Part shown: positions 17,555 to 27,038 of the stretch, one piece after another
How the letters are laid out: each line of letters starts with the position of its first letter
Position numbering within the stretch: the first letter of the stretch is position 1
Virus record (IMG/VR): IMGVR_UViG_3300037502_004185
Coordinates: 1 to 64,000 of that record
Reading direction: 5' to 3' (one strand)
Length of the DNA stretch: 64,000 nt
Origin: a virus
Made by a program: the position numbers and the translations under genes
The notes under the pieces: generated by a model
Seen by the model: the letters and a program-made list of their open reading frames with translations, nothing else
Told to the model about the DNA's origin: nothing
Databases searched by the model: none

Positions 17555-18938
17555 GTACCTCGAAGCTGTCTACATCGTCAAACCCCGACACTCCCTCGTT
17601 ATCGAGGTCATCATAGGCTTGCTCTTTAGCGGCTTCGTTTTGTATTTGGGATGGGGATAGGGTAGGTTCTACGCCGTTCTCTAGGTCTTCGGCTTCTTTG
17701 ATTCGTCGGTTTACTTCTTCTTTACGCGCTGGTAGCCAGTTATCTTGCTGCTCAATCTGCTCTAACGTGTAGTCATCAAACAGCTCATCCAGCTCTTGCT
17801 CACTGATACCAGTGTCGTCTACTTCTGGCTCTAGGTTCGCTAGCTCTACCTTAGCTTCATGCAATAGCGTTGCTGGTGGACGTGCGCCTAACTTCTCGAT
17901 TTGTTGGCACGTCTCTAAGGCTGTCCAGTTGTTCTTAGTACGCAGAGAAAGCATTTCTATTACTAGGCTGGTTTCTTCCGCTGGTAGTAGGTGCGGCATC
18001 ATCAATTCAGCGTATTCCTGTTTACGCAAATCGATGTAGCGCTTGGCCTCTTGTTTGGCCATCGTGGAAATACTCAATTCCAGTTCACGCAATCTGGTGC
18101 CATAGCCAAAGATGAGACGGTCACGCATGGCGTTAATGTCTACTGGTTCATTCTCATCATCGAGCGGGATGTTTCCGGTTTCCTCCATTTCATCGATCTC
18201 TTTAAGACGCTTGGCCAACGTCTCATTCATTCGGTAATACTGCGAACGGGCAATAATCAGCTCGTTGCAAACCGAAAGCGGATCGGTGTCCATGAGAATA
18301 TCCATGATTTCGCCAGTAATACCCGCACTACGGGCATAACCACCATGCACAACAGGGCGACCCACTTGAGCACTGGAATACTGCGAAAGCCCCTCAACTG
18401 ATCGCGGCTTGCGCAGTGATCCAATCCCCCCTGTTTTCGCGCGATCGCCTTGCGCACTTTGCGCTTGCGCAGTTGCACCCGCTTGTTTGGGCTTTGATTT
18501 ATCAGCCCTTTTTTTCTTCTTGTCGTTTTTCGCTTCTTGATATTTCGCTAATTGCTCATCGTAAAGATCAAATAATCGATCAAACTCAGGCAGCGATCGC
18601 ATGGAGTTGAACTGGCGGCGCAGTGTCGAACCGTTCACCCCTTTATCTTTCGCAAAAGCGGCCATCGTGAGCGTTGGATTTTGAGCGCCACGCACGAGAA
18701 ATTCTTTCAAAAGGGAATGCCAGTCATTGCCCTGACTGGTCTTTTTCGCTTTGATTTTTGGCATGACGGACGGTTGGAACTTACCGCCCTTTTTGGCTGG
18801 CCGTTTTATATATCGCTTAGCGGTGCCGTACTTTAGTCCGTTGGCTTCGCAATACTCGGCCAGCGTCAAAGTCGGCTGCTTCTCTAACTGCTCCCAAAAC
18901 TGCTGTTGGTGAGCCTGATAGTCAATCTTGCCGGACAC
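17544..18938 (-). CDS. pacA: Terminase small subunit
   Basis: N-terminal HTH repeats, HGGY motif, directly upstream of pacB. Confidence 0.8.
   Translation of the reverse strand: MSGKIDYQAHQQQFWEQLEKQPTLTLAEYCEANGLKYGTAKRYIKRPAKKGGKFQPSVMPKIKAKKTSQGNDWHSLLKEFLVRGAQNPTLTMAAFAKDKGVNGSTLRRQFNSMRSLPEFDRLFDLYDEQLAKYQEAKNDKKKKRADKSKPKQAGATAQAQSAQGDRAKTGGIGSLRKPRSVEGLSQYSSAQVGRPVVHGGYARSAGITGEIMDILMDTDPLSVCNELIIARSQYYRMNETLAKRLKEIDEMEETGNIPLDDENEPVDINAMRDRLIFGYGTRLRELELSISTMAKQEAKRYIDLRKQEYAELMMPHLLPAEETSLVIEMLSLRTKNNWTALETCQQIEKLGARPPATLLHEAKVELANLEPEVDDTGISEQELDELFDDYTLEQIEQQDNWLPARKEEVNRRIKEAEDLENGVEPTLSPSQIQNEAAKEQAYDDLDNEGVSGFDDVDSFEVLGG
18400..18598. other. Predicted pac packaging site within pacA
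   Basis: Three GATC, about 120-bp spacer, three GATC; P1 pac has this architecture inside pacA. Confidence 0.55.
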
Positions 18939-19246
18939 GGTTAAACCCCATTCATTTTGTTACGTTCGGAATAATACATAGTCTGAACAGGTAACAACAA
19001 TACGAACGAGGCCAGATTAAACAATCATTTAATTGTCAATATGGATTTAAGGAGCAATTTTAATAACGCGACACTAAATAGTATTTACAGTAACGATTTT
19101 CTGCATATAATCATGTCCAGCTAGTGAGTAACGCTACTTATGTTCAATTGATTCTGCGGCACGATATAGTAATTGGCTGCGTTACCTCACTAGCCATCTT
19201 TCCCCCATACCCAAGACAACGCGCTACGTGATGAAAGGAATACCCC

Positions 19247-19642
19247 TTGAAAGCACCCGAGCGCATCAAATTCAGACACAAAGCAAAAACCAAAGCACGA
19301 CAAGCCATGTTTAGAACTCGCCAACGAGAAAAAGGCTTATCGCTGCTCCAAGTGCGCATTTCTCGCCTTGCTCACGCTAAGGCTTGCGAACAGTGCGAAC
19401 AGAACGGCATTACCCTGACCGAGCTGTATCAGCTGGCCATCAACAACACTGACCCAAACCAACTACCAGAAAAGCACCCCGAAGTAACCGAGGGCGACCT
19501 AGTAGGAACACGCCAAATTAGTCCTTGGATTGAACCCGAAGTAGCAAAGACGTTCGAGGAATTGGCCACCAACTACCGCAATCGAACCATAGCGATGAGC
19601 GCTATCGTCTATGCGTATTGCGCTCGATGCGAAGCTGAATGA
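19247..19642 (+). CDS. Ribbon-helix-helix-like regulator
   Basis: LLQVRISRLAH.K....C...GITLTELYQLAI. Confidence 0.5.
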   Translation: MKAPERIKFRHKAKTKARQAMFRTRQREKGLSLLQVRISRLAHAKACEQCEQNGITLTELYQLAINNTDPNQLPEKHPEVTEGDLVGTRQISPWIEPEVAKTFEELATNYRNRTIAMSAIVYAYCARCEAE

Positions 19643-20154
19643 ACCGAACTGGACACGCTTGGGGCGCGCTGTGCTTTGCGCCCGTTTCTCTCGCCTTAAT
19701 GGCAGACACAACACCACTGCATTCAATCCTGGCATTTCTTGGTTGCTTAAGCGGTTCGAGTGCACCGGACTGGCTTGAATTTGACAGAATCCCACACCGA
19801 ACTTACACCCACATCCTTTCGATATGGCTCGCTGCAACGGCGTATGGCTATCATTTGGCGATAGGGGACATATTCATACCAATTGAAGCATTAAAAGCCA
19901 CCAGCACGATTCTAGGTGCGATTCTGTGTGGATTTGGATGTGGTTGTGTGTCGCATTGGCTTGGGGATGTGCTAAACCGCCAACCAGTGCCGATTTTTAC
20001 CCCGTTTGATAGGTACTGCTTGAATCTGTTCGCCTCGGGAAGCCACCAGCGAATCACATGCGTATTCATTTTCTCGGTAGCATGTATTCTAGTTAGCCTT
20101 TTACGGCCTTTGTTATTCCGAACAGAATTGTTAAAAATGGCATTTTTGACATAA
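19639..20154 (+). CDS. YdjM-family membrane metal-dependent hydrolase
   Basis: H...PD...HRTYTH...SH...D motifs with TM helices. Confidence 0.8.
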   Translation: MNRTGHAWGALCFAPVSLALMADTTPLHSILAFLGCLSGSSAPDWLEFDRIPHRTYTHILSIWLAATAYGYHLAIGDIFIPIEALKATSTILGAILCGFGCGCVSHWLGDVLNRQPVPIFTPFDRYCLNLFASGSHQRITCVFIFSVACILVSLLRPLLFRTELLKMAFLT

Positions 20155-20274
20155 AAAAAGGCCACGTTTTACCGTGGCCTTTTGATTTTGAGGAGTTGTC
20201 AATAACAGGTAATTCAATAACCAATCAATTGGCCATCTATATTTTGGAGTATCCACGTCCATTTTCTTGCGAGC
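20153..20274 (-). ncRNA. Predicted sRNA 1
   Basis: TTGAAA-17-TATATT promoter; GGCCACG hairpin plus U7. Confidence 0.5.
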
Positions 20275-20329
20275 GAGGCAAATATAGGACACTCAAAACG
20301 CCTTTTCAATAGGTTGAAACACGACACAT

Positions 20330-20422
20330 AAAAAAAGAGCCAGTATTTCTACCAGCTCTTTGACTCTCTTTTGCAAACCTTCTTTGAATCACTCGCCGAA
20401 GCTGTACGCTTCACACGAAAAC
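20330..20422 (-). ncRNA. Predicted sRNA 2
   Basis: TTGATT-18-TATAAT promoter; terminator with U7. Confidence 0.5.
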
Positions 20423-20459
20423 AAGGCAATTATATTGATACTTACCTTGAAAAATCAAG

Positions 20460-20538
20460 AAAAAAGCGCCGATGGTGTAACCAAGGGCGCTTGAGATCAG
20501 CTGTCTAATATTTTAAAGGAAACACGGTCGTCACAATG
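20460..20538 (-). ncRNA. Predicted sRNA 3
   Basis: AAGCGCC hairpin plus U tract; operator-like site at 20574. Confidence 0.4.
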
Positions 20539-20718
20539 GCAACTAATGTAACTCGCGTATAAATAAATTTATCCGTTCGGAATTCTTAGTTCAAGTATTT
20601 TTTACCATCACAAAGAAAAACAAGTATTACCAATCACCCACTCTGAAGCACGTATGTTATCAATGGCATATTAACTGAGGTATCCTTTACCGCTAATCAT
20701 AATAAACAGGGAATCCTT

Positions 20719-21366
20719 ATGCCTATTTTTATAGGGATAGCAGCCTTAGTGCTTGTAGGGCTGTTGTTTGGCTTTCACATCCAAGTTTCAACTTCAGTCG
20801 TAAACTTTATCTCGTCCATAGGGACATTAGTTGGCGGCTTTGGTACTGCATACGTTGCCTATCTGGCGCATACGTCGTTAGGTGAATGGCGTAAAGAGTT
20901 CCACTACAAGAACGTCTACAGTCAGCTATCGGATTTTGAGGCAATACTGCGAGATATGCTTGATGACTTTAATGAGGACATCCTCTCTCACACCAACCTA
21001 GGAGACATAAAAAACACCGAGGTGCCACCATTATTGGCTAAAACCCTTAATCCATATGAAAAAAAATATCTGCGATTGCACAATAGCATCCTAAACGGAC
21101 TGCCTGAAAAAGAAGCCAGAAACTTTGAAAGACTTAACTACACCTTGGTGTGTCGAGAAATAAAAATGTGTTTTTTTACTGGCCTATCAAACTACCAGCG
21201 ATTAATGAATCTCGCTAAAGACATTGCTGAAAGCGAGCATGAAGTGGAGAAAAAAGCACAGCAACTAACTGCTGACACGACAGAGTTTCTTAGAATGTAT
21301 GAGGACTATCGTCAGCACGTTAAGCGCTATCTTAAGATAGTTAAGGATGTTAGAACGTCCCTTTAG
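20719..21366 (+). CDS. Membrane protein (moron-like)
   Basis: Two N-terminal TM helices; AT-rich. Confidence 0.6.
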   Translation: MPIFIGIAALVLVGLLFGFHIQVSTSVVNFISSIGTLVGGFGTAYVAYLAHTSLGEWRKEFHYKNVYSQLSDFEAILRDMLDDFNEDILSHTNLGDIKNTEVPPLLAKTLNPYEKKYLRLHNSILNGLPEKEARNFERLNYTLVCREIKMCFFTGLSNYQRLMNLAKDIAESEHEVEKKAQQLTADTTEFLRMYEDYRQHVKRYLKIVKDVRTSL

Positions 21367-21471
21367 AAGCCATGCTGTTAGTTGCGTTCCTATACCCCGC
21401 ATGCATCAAGTCAATAATTTTTGTAGTCAGCCGACCAGAGTCACACTTCCACACTTATAGAATGGTAAACC

Positions 21472-22233
21472 ATGAAGAAAAATATGAGCGATGAAAGGAT
21501 AGCCAAGATCGAAGATCTGATGGGTAGCCCGTTTCCATTAGAGGTAACAGATTACGAAGAGAAAATCCGACGAAATCTACTTTTTGCCTCTATGATTGTG
21601 TTTGGCACCACTTATCTAAAGTTAATCCCCACACCCGACTCGAAGTTTTTTGGTCTCTCGTTTGAGAACTTAACTGTTGATAGCGTATACATCATATTAC
21701 TGTTAGTTGTAGTGTATGAACTACTCCACTACATATGGCTAGTAAGTAATAAGTTGATGTATTGGAGAGTAAGACTAACGGGCACAACCCCAAAAGCATC
21801 TAGAGGTAATTCTGGAATGCGTTTTGGTAGTCAGTTTGATTCTTTTGATCACGGCGGCAAGCAGGAAGACTCAACTTTCTATGTATGGATGCTCGAACAA
21901 AGATTCAGTCTGGACGAGGAGTTTGAGCGCCATAACTCTATATGGATTAACCTCGAAGACAAGGCCTTTAGTAGCGAGCATCTAAAAAGCAATGACGTTC
22001 AAGAGATTCTCAGAAAACTAAATGAAGTCAAGTCATCACAAGATAAACTGTACTCTCACCTCAACAATCTTAGAATTGACGCTTCTATGCATTACTTTGA
22101 TTCATGGTTTTCAAAGATGCTAATCAGCCAGTCTGTCAGATGGTTGATTTTGGACTTTATTCTACCAATACTTAGCGGTGTCTTAGCCATTGGCTTTCTT
22201 GCGTATCGGTTAGATTGGCTACCCATTAATTGA
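21472..22233 (+). CDS. Membrane protein (moron-like)
   Basis: Three TM segments; AT-rich. Confidence 0.6.
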   Translation: MKKNMSDERIAKIEDLMGSPFPLEVTDYEEKIRRNLLFASMIVFGTTYLKLIPTPDSKFFGLSFENLTVDSVYIILLLVVVYELLHYIWLVSNKLMYWRVRLTGTTPKASRGNSGMRFGSQFDSFDHGGKQEDSTFYVWMLEQRFSLDEEFERHNSIWINLEDKAFSSEHLKSNDVQEILRKLNEVKSSQDKLYSHLNNLRIDASMHYFDSWFSKMLISQSVRWLILDFILPILSGVLAIGFLAYRLDWLPIN

Positions 22234-22254
22234 TAGCATTCACCCCACAACTAA

Positions 22255-22392
22255 GAACAAAGGGCTGACCCTCTTTCGAAGATCAACCCTTTGCCCTCTT
22301 TGGGAGCCTGTAGGTTTTACCCTACAACGCTTGCACAACCTTATTAAACAAGCGCACCGTATAGGAAGTCGTATCCGTCACTGTCCTATGGG
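22255..22392 (-). ncRNA. Predicted multi-hairpin RNA under operator control
   Basis: Successive hairpins ending in a terminator; operator at 22408. Confidence 0.4.
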
Positions 22393-22454
22393 AATAATAC
22401 TAAACTCATTCCGAACACATCACAATATTAGTTTGCATTTCATTTTGTGATTTT

Positions 22455-22724
22455 TTACCCATTTACAGATTGTTTCTGTCGCTTTTTGCTGGTGGCTTTT
22501 TTGAGTGTTTCGTAGTAGCCAATCTTTATCAAAAAGAAGTACCAGAGCGCATTAAGAGGCGTGATTTGCCTAAACTGTAGGTCAGCAAACCAGAATCGCT
22601 TTTTCAGATGCTTAATGGCCATGTAGGCTAACCATTGGTGTTTGAATCTAAGCACTGTCACTAGGCGCGCTTTCTTCACCTTAAGCGTGAACACATAGAC
22701 TCTTGTTTTTTCTGTCTTACTCAT
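22455..22724 (-). CDS. Hypothetical basic protein
   Basis: Last ORF of the operon. Confidence 0.5.
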   Translation of the reverse strand: MSKTEKTRVYVFTLKVKKARLVTVLRFKHQWLAYMAIKHLKKRFWFADLQFRQITPLNALWYFFLIKIGYYETLKKATSKKRQKQSVNG

Positions 22725-23202
22725 TGCTTGTCTTTCCCTCTAACTGGTATCGAAGCGGAGCAGTAAGCCATCCCCAACGCTTATGTCGCCAAATATCGCT
22801 AATGGTGGACTGGTGTACGCCATATTCCTCGGCTAACGTGTGTTGGCATACCTGTTTAGTGAATAAGAGCTCGTAGATGCGTAGAACTTCACTAGGGGAT
22901 AGCTTGGAAGCGCAGTTCTTTCCTCGGCGCTCTACGTTATCCCTTACGGCCTTTTCAGCGGGTACACCAGCCTTAAGCCGTCTTAGCACTCTGCGGTAAC
23001 TGGTATCGGTGGCGGCGCATAGCTGTCTTGCGGTCATTACCTTGCCTTGGTAGGTCACTAGGTGCTTGGTAGCCTCGGCCAGTAGTTCCTCTCCGGTTCG
23101 TAGTCCTTTGTGATACGCGCGATAAAGGGAAGTCATTGGATAGCCAGTTAACTGAGCGAGACGGTACACGCTCATTGATTGACCCTGATATTGAATGCTC
23201 AT
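22717..23202 (-). CDS. Multi-HTH DNA-binding protein
   Basis: Repeated YQG..M...L units; C-terminal QHTLAEEYGVHQSTISDI. Confidence 0.7.
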   Translation of the reverse strand: MSIQYQGQSMSVYRLAQLTGYPMTSLYRAYHKGLRTGEELLAEATKHLVTYQGKVMTARQLCAATDTSYRRVLRRLKAGVPAEKAVRDNVERRGKNCASKLSPSEVLRIYELLFTKQVCQHTLAEEYGVHQSTISDIWRHKRWGWLTAPLRYQLEGKTSNE

Positions 23203-23216
23203 AGTGGCTCACTCCC

Positions 23217-23873
23217 TTAAGCCACTTTAGCGATTTGCTCGTAGATACCAGTAAGGTGCGTTCTGCCTACCTTACGGTTAAAGCGCATGGATGGTGTTTG
23301 CAGACCTTTCTCGGTAAAGAGCACTAAGGCACTGCCGAAGTTCACGCCTTGCTTTTTGGTGTATCCATCTGTCTCATAGAACGGGTAACGGCCATCCGGC
23401 TTGTAAATCATCGTGGCGTAGCCCTCAACCAAGTCCAGCCACCACGTTGTGAGTTCTTCATGTGGTAACAGCATCATGCCGTCACGACCTTTCCTGGCTT
23501 GTTCTAGCGCCTTTTCCAGAAACTCAAACTTAAGGTCAAACGGGGGATTGCACCACCAGCCATCTTCCCATTCGCCTTGTAGGCCATCGAACCCAACACA
23601 AACAGGGTTTAGGAGTTGAGCTGCCTTGTGTTTTGGCTTAAGGCTTGGGAATCCGCTCGGCTGTTCGTTAATCCAGTCAGGAGCCACATAGAAGCGGTTC
23701 ACCTTGGCGGTTTGTGGCTCGGCGGCCACGTCTAAAACAAACTCTTTTCCGGTATCACGTCGAAAGAGGAATTGAGCATCAAAGAAGCAGTCCCAACGAG
23801 TCGCCCATTTATTCTTTGCGCCCTCGACGGTCTTACTTTTGACTAGGTGCGCCATTCTCTGACTTCTCCCCAC
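23217..23873 (-). CDS. Phage DNA N6-adenine methyltransferase (Dam-like)
   Basis: W.T, F.LDVAA, WWCNPPF. Confidence 0.85.
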   Translation of the reverse strand: MGRSQRMAHLVKSKTVEGAKNKWATRWDCFFDAQFLFRRDTGKEFVLDVAAEPQTAKVNRFYVAPDWINEQPSGFPSLKPKHKAAQLLNPVCVGFDGLQGEWEDGWWCNPPFDLKFEFLEKALEQARKGRDGMMLLPHEELTTWWLDLVEGYATMIYKPDGRYPFYETDGYTKKQGVNFGSALVLFTEKGLQTPSMRFNRKVGRTHLTGIYEQIAKVA

Positions 23874-24075
23874 TCTTGGCCGCTACAGTAATGCGCTCGA
23901 TGCGCTCTGCGTCCAAATCAATATTCACTCGCTCTATCTTTGGATAGACCACCAACCCATAAAAGCTGTATGTGCCAATACCGATTAAAGCCACCAGCGC
24001 TAACACAATGGTTATGGCCAGTAGCCGAACGGAGCCGATAAAGACACGCAGCCCAATTGCCTTGCTATCATTCAT
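23833..24075 (-). CDS. Small membrane protein
   Basis: Single long TM helix. Confidence 0.5.
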   Translation of the reverse strand: MNDSKAIGLRVFIGSVRLLAITIVLALVALIGIGTYSFYGLVVYPKIERVNIDLDAERIERITVAAKSGEKSENGAPSQK

Positions 24076-24364
24076 GGATTCTTACCATGTCCTTGTAAGC
24101 AGAGAACAAAACGCTGTGCTCGGTTTTGACACCTAAGCGCTCTTTCGTCGCCGGATTAATGGTTGTGCGTTCACGCTCTATGTGACGGAAACGGCCAAAG
24201 CCTCGAATTTGCACCTCACGGCCTTTCGCTATCTCAACCTGAATGTGATTGATCATTGCGTCCAAACAATCGCCCACCAGCTCTGCATCATCACCAGTAA
24301 GCTTTAGGCCAAGGCGTTTAGAAATGTTTCTTTCAATGTCAGTTCGGTTTAAGCGTGTGCTCAT
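24068..24364 (-). CDS. HU/IHF-family protein (beta-like)
   Basis: GREVQIRGFGRF...NPAT. Confidence 0.8.
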   Translation of the reverse strand: MSTRLNRTDIERNISKRLGLKLTGDDAELVGDCLDAMINHIQVEIAKGREVQIRGFGRFRHIERERTTINPATKERLGVKTEHSVLFSAYKDMVRIHE

Positions 24365-24687
24365 TAATGTGCCCCCTTTATCTCGTTTACCTTGTTTGCC
24401 AGCTCATCGCGGAATACATCCGATGCACTAAAAGTCAGCTTGTCTCGCGCAGCTACAATCGCTGGTGCTCCCGTTTTTGGATTACGGCCAGCTCGCGCTT
24501 TCTTAAGGCGAGGTGCGAACGTACCGAAGCCACTAAGCAATACAGCATTGCCCTCAATCATGGTTTGAGTTGAGATTTCTTCGATAAAGGCATCAAAAAC
24601 CAGCTCGCATTCTTCACGTAATGCGCCCGTTTCTTTCTTCATTGCTGAGATCAGTTCGTGCTTTCCTACGGCTTTTTGTTTAGACAC
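24364..24687 (-). CDS. HU/IHF-family protein (alpha-like)
   Basis: LSGFGTF...RAGRNPKTG. Confidence 0.9.
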   Translation of the reverse strand: MSKQKAVGKHELISAMKKETGALREECELVFDAFIEEISTQTMIEGNAVLLSGFGTFAPRLKKARAGRNPKTGAPAIVAARDKLTFSASDVFRDELANKVNEIKGAH

Positions 24688-24935
24688 GCTAAGTCCTCTT
24701 GAATATCTTTCAGATAAATTCCGTGCTGTTGGCCTAGAAGATTGATGGCGTAGAGAACCAGTTCTTCTCGACTGCTACAGCGAAGTTCTATTTGCAGTCG
24801 CCTAATTTGCTCTCGTTGTGTCGCGCTGGCGCGGTAGTATTGACGTTTAATGTCAAACTTATCCATCTTGGCTAGATAACGATTCCAGCGCTGTTGAGGG
24901 GTTAAGGCGTTTTTCTTGGGTTTACGTCCTGCCAT
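24666..24935 (-). CDS. Small DNA-binding protein
   Basis: AGRKPK..ALT..QR pattern followed by an RHH-like segment. Confidence 0.5.
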   Translation of the reverse strand: MAGRKPKKNALTPQQRWNRYLAKMDKFDIKRQYYRASATQREQIRRLQIELRCSSREELVLYAINLLGQQHGIYLKDIQEDLACLNKKP

Positions 24936-24942
24936 GCGACGA

Positions 24943-24981
24943 TTATAACCATTCCGAACACGCCGTAAACATTCCGAACAC
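24943..24981 (-). promoter_or_regulatory. Promoter with tandem operators
   Basis: TATAAT; ATTCCGAACAC at 24951 and 24971. Confidence 0.65.
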
Positions 24982-25053
24982 AATTTCTGTTTTTAATACA
25001 AAAAAATACCGCCTAGATAGGCGGTATTTGTGGAAAAATGATCAAGGATTTGA

Positions 25054-25752
25054 TTAAGCCCGTTTGAACCCCGAAAAGTGGCTGCGCATGCCATCACGAA
25101 CTTTGAGAGGGGTTTTACGCAGTTTGGCGCGTGTTGCTGTGTCGTATAAGTATTGCTCCCATTCCCAATAGGACATATCACGTAATCGGCCTACTGGCTC
25201 ACCAACACTATTCATGAATATGTAGGTGTTCTTGGCTTTGCCATTCGGGATTGAGTTGCCATTACCATCCAATATCTCAAAGACACCTCGCGCACCGACA
25301 AACGCCACGGTCAGGCCATATTGTGCCGCTGTAGCATCAATCATTGCGCTAGTGAGATAAACATTCTCGCCAAAGATTTTAGTACGGAGGATTTCACGAC
25401 GATATTTCTTAATGTCTCGAATCCATTCAAAGATAACGCAGCGAGTATGTGGTGTTCGGATATTGGTTTTCACTTTGATTAGGCCAGCATCGAACAGCAT
25501 TCTAATGACTCGATAGTTGATCTTCTCTCTCGGTGCAATCGTGTCGCCAGTACCATCGTAATCACAAATGTGACCACCAGTAAGCCAACGATACGCTTGA
25601 GCGCTACCAAATTCCCCTGCGGGAGCATAGCTTAGCAACAGCTTGTCATAGTAAAGGTAATCACATAGGAAGTTACGGACTACCTTTGTGGCTTCTAACA
25701 CGTCCAAATCAACTGGCTTTTGGCCAATGCTGTGATATTCACTCGCTAACAT
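25054..25752 (-). CDS. Hypothetical protein
   Basis: Long ORF in operon. Confidence 0.7.
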   Translation of the reverse strand: MLASEYHSIGQKPVDLDVLEATKVVRNFLCDYLYYDKLLLSYAPAGEFGSAQAYRWLTGGHICDYDGTGDTIAPREKINYRVIRMLFDAGLIKVKTNIRTPHTRCVIFEWIRDIKKYRREILRTKIFGENVYLTSAMIDATAAQYGLTVAFVGARGVFEILDGNGNSIPNGKAKNTYIFMNSVGEPVGRLRDMSYWEWEQYLYDTATRAKLRKTPLKVRDGMRSHFSGFKRA

Positions 25753-25778
25753 GAGATAACTAAGCCCTTTTTATATAC

Positions 25779-26507
25779 TTATGCGGCTAGTCTAGTTTTG
25801 TTATCAAATGTTGGCAATTGGAGATAGCTATTAATTTGACAAATGCATTCATCAAACCCCTTGGCCACAACCACGTAATATCCTAAATCTTGGAACATTT
25901 TTATCTTTTCCTGTTGCTCCTTACTTGGGCGACCTTTTTCCGTTTTCACCTCCAAAAAGAAGCCATGATATACCCCTCTCGGGATAGGAAAGAATATGTC
26001 CGGCACACCTTTCTTTTGTCCCTCATAACTCATCATCGAGGCCGCTTTAGGCGTTCGGTAGCCACCATTAGGAATTGAGAAAACCAGCGGGTAAATGTCC
26101 TTGTACTGCGTCTCTAACGTGTAGAACAAACGAACCTGTAACCAGTGTTCGGCCAGCTTTGTGTCGTTAAACTCTTTCGGGCGCTTAATCCCTTGTGCAA
26201 GGCGCGTTTTGTGTGGTGAATCCAGTTCCACTTTCTTCTGTGTCGCAGCGCGCGCAACGTCATTGTCTTTCTCAAGAATACGAATGAGCCAGGCTGGTAG
26301 CTCCGACTTGTCCACCAGCGCTGTATTGGGGACGTTTATCGATACCGGATTGATGATGTGATTAACAGAGCGGTTAATCTCGTTAAGTGCTGCATCGATA
26401 TTGAAGTCGCCTCCGTGGCCAGCTTTCACGCCTTTGCTTTTCCACTTTTTGCGCTTAGCGACTTGGTTTGCGAGAAAAGAGTGATCGAATCGTGGTGCCT
26501 TGGCCAT
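25779..26507 (-). CDS. VRR-NUC domain nuclease
   Basis: IPNGG, GVPDI, FLEVKT.KGRPSKEQ. Confidence 0.9.
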   Translation of the reverse strand: MAKAPRFDHSFLANQVAKRKKWKSKGVKAGHGGDFNIDAALNEINRSVNHIINPVSINVPNTALVDKSELPAWLIRILEKDNDVARAATQKKVELDSPHKTRLAQGIKRPKEFNDTKLAEHWLQVRLFYTLETQYKDIYPLVFSIPNGGYRTPKAASMMSYEGQKKGVPDIFFPIPRGVYHGFFLEVKTEKGRPSKEQQEKIKMFQDLGYYVVVAKGFDECICQINSYLQLPTFDNKTRLAA

Positions 26508-26509
26508 AA

Positions 26510-27028
26510 CTAGATAAGCCCTTGTGTTACTAAAATCTCTTGCTCCTTACGGCGGTTGAAGTAGGCAAACACCTCATCCTTGGTGAATTGCTTAGATACC
26601 ACTTTGCGGCGGCCACCTTGCGAGAAAACACGCTTAGCAATGTCCTCAGATAGCGTCCAACAAAGTGCGGTTTCTACTTCGGATTCGTCATTGATAGCGC
26701 GGTAGGCGGTGATCACTTTGGGTAGCTTGGCGAACACCTTGCGCTCTGACGACTTCATAACCTTGTGCTTGTTGCGTCTCGGGCACGTAAACAGGGACGA
26801 CCACACATATTGATGTTGGTGCGAGCCTTGCGCTTTCCATAACGTTCCAAGCACATCCCAATAGATTGAGTCATCTTGGATAGCTGGCGCACTGCGAACA
26901 AAGAAATCGAGCTGATAACACTCAGGGATGGATAACAAACGGGAAATGATATTGGAGTCGTTAACGTTAGCCACTGTGTACCTCTTGATTGCCGCCTCAC
27001 CCTGCTTGGCAAGGCGGCCTAACGTCAT
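26510..27028 (-). CDS. Putative ADP-ribosyltransferase-fold protein
   Basis: AYRA...CWTL...EQEILV (R-S-ExE type, with S replaced by C). Confidence 0.6.
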   Translation of the reverse strand: MTLGRLAKQGEAAIKRYTVANVNDSNIISRLLSIPECYQLDFFVRSAPAIQDDSIYWDVLGTLWKAQGSHQHQYVWSSLFTCPRRNKHKVMKSSERKVFAKLPKVITAYRAINDESEVETALCWTLSEDIAKRVFSQGGRRKVVSKQFTKDEVFAYFNRRKEQEILVTQGLI

Positions 27029-27038
27029 GATCTTTCGG

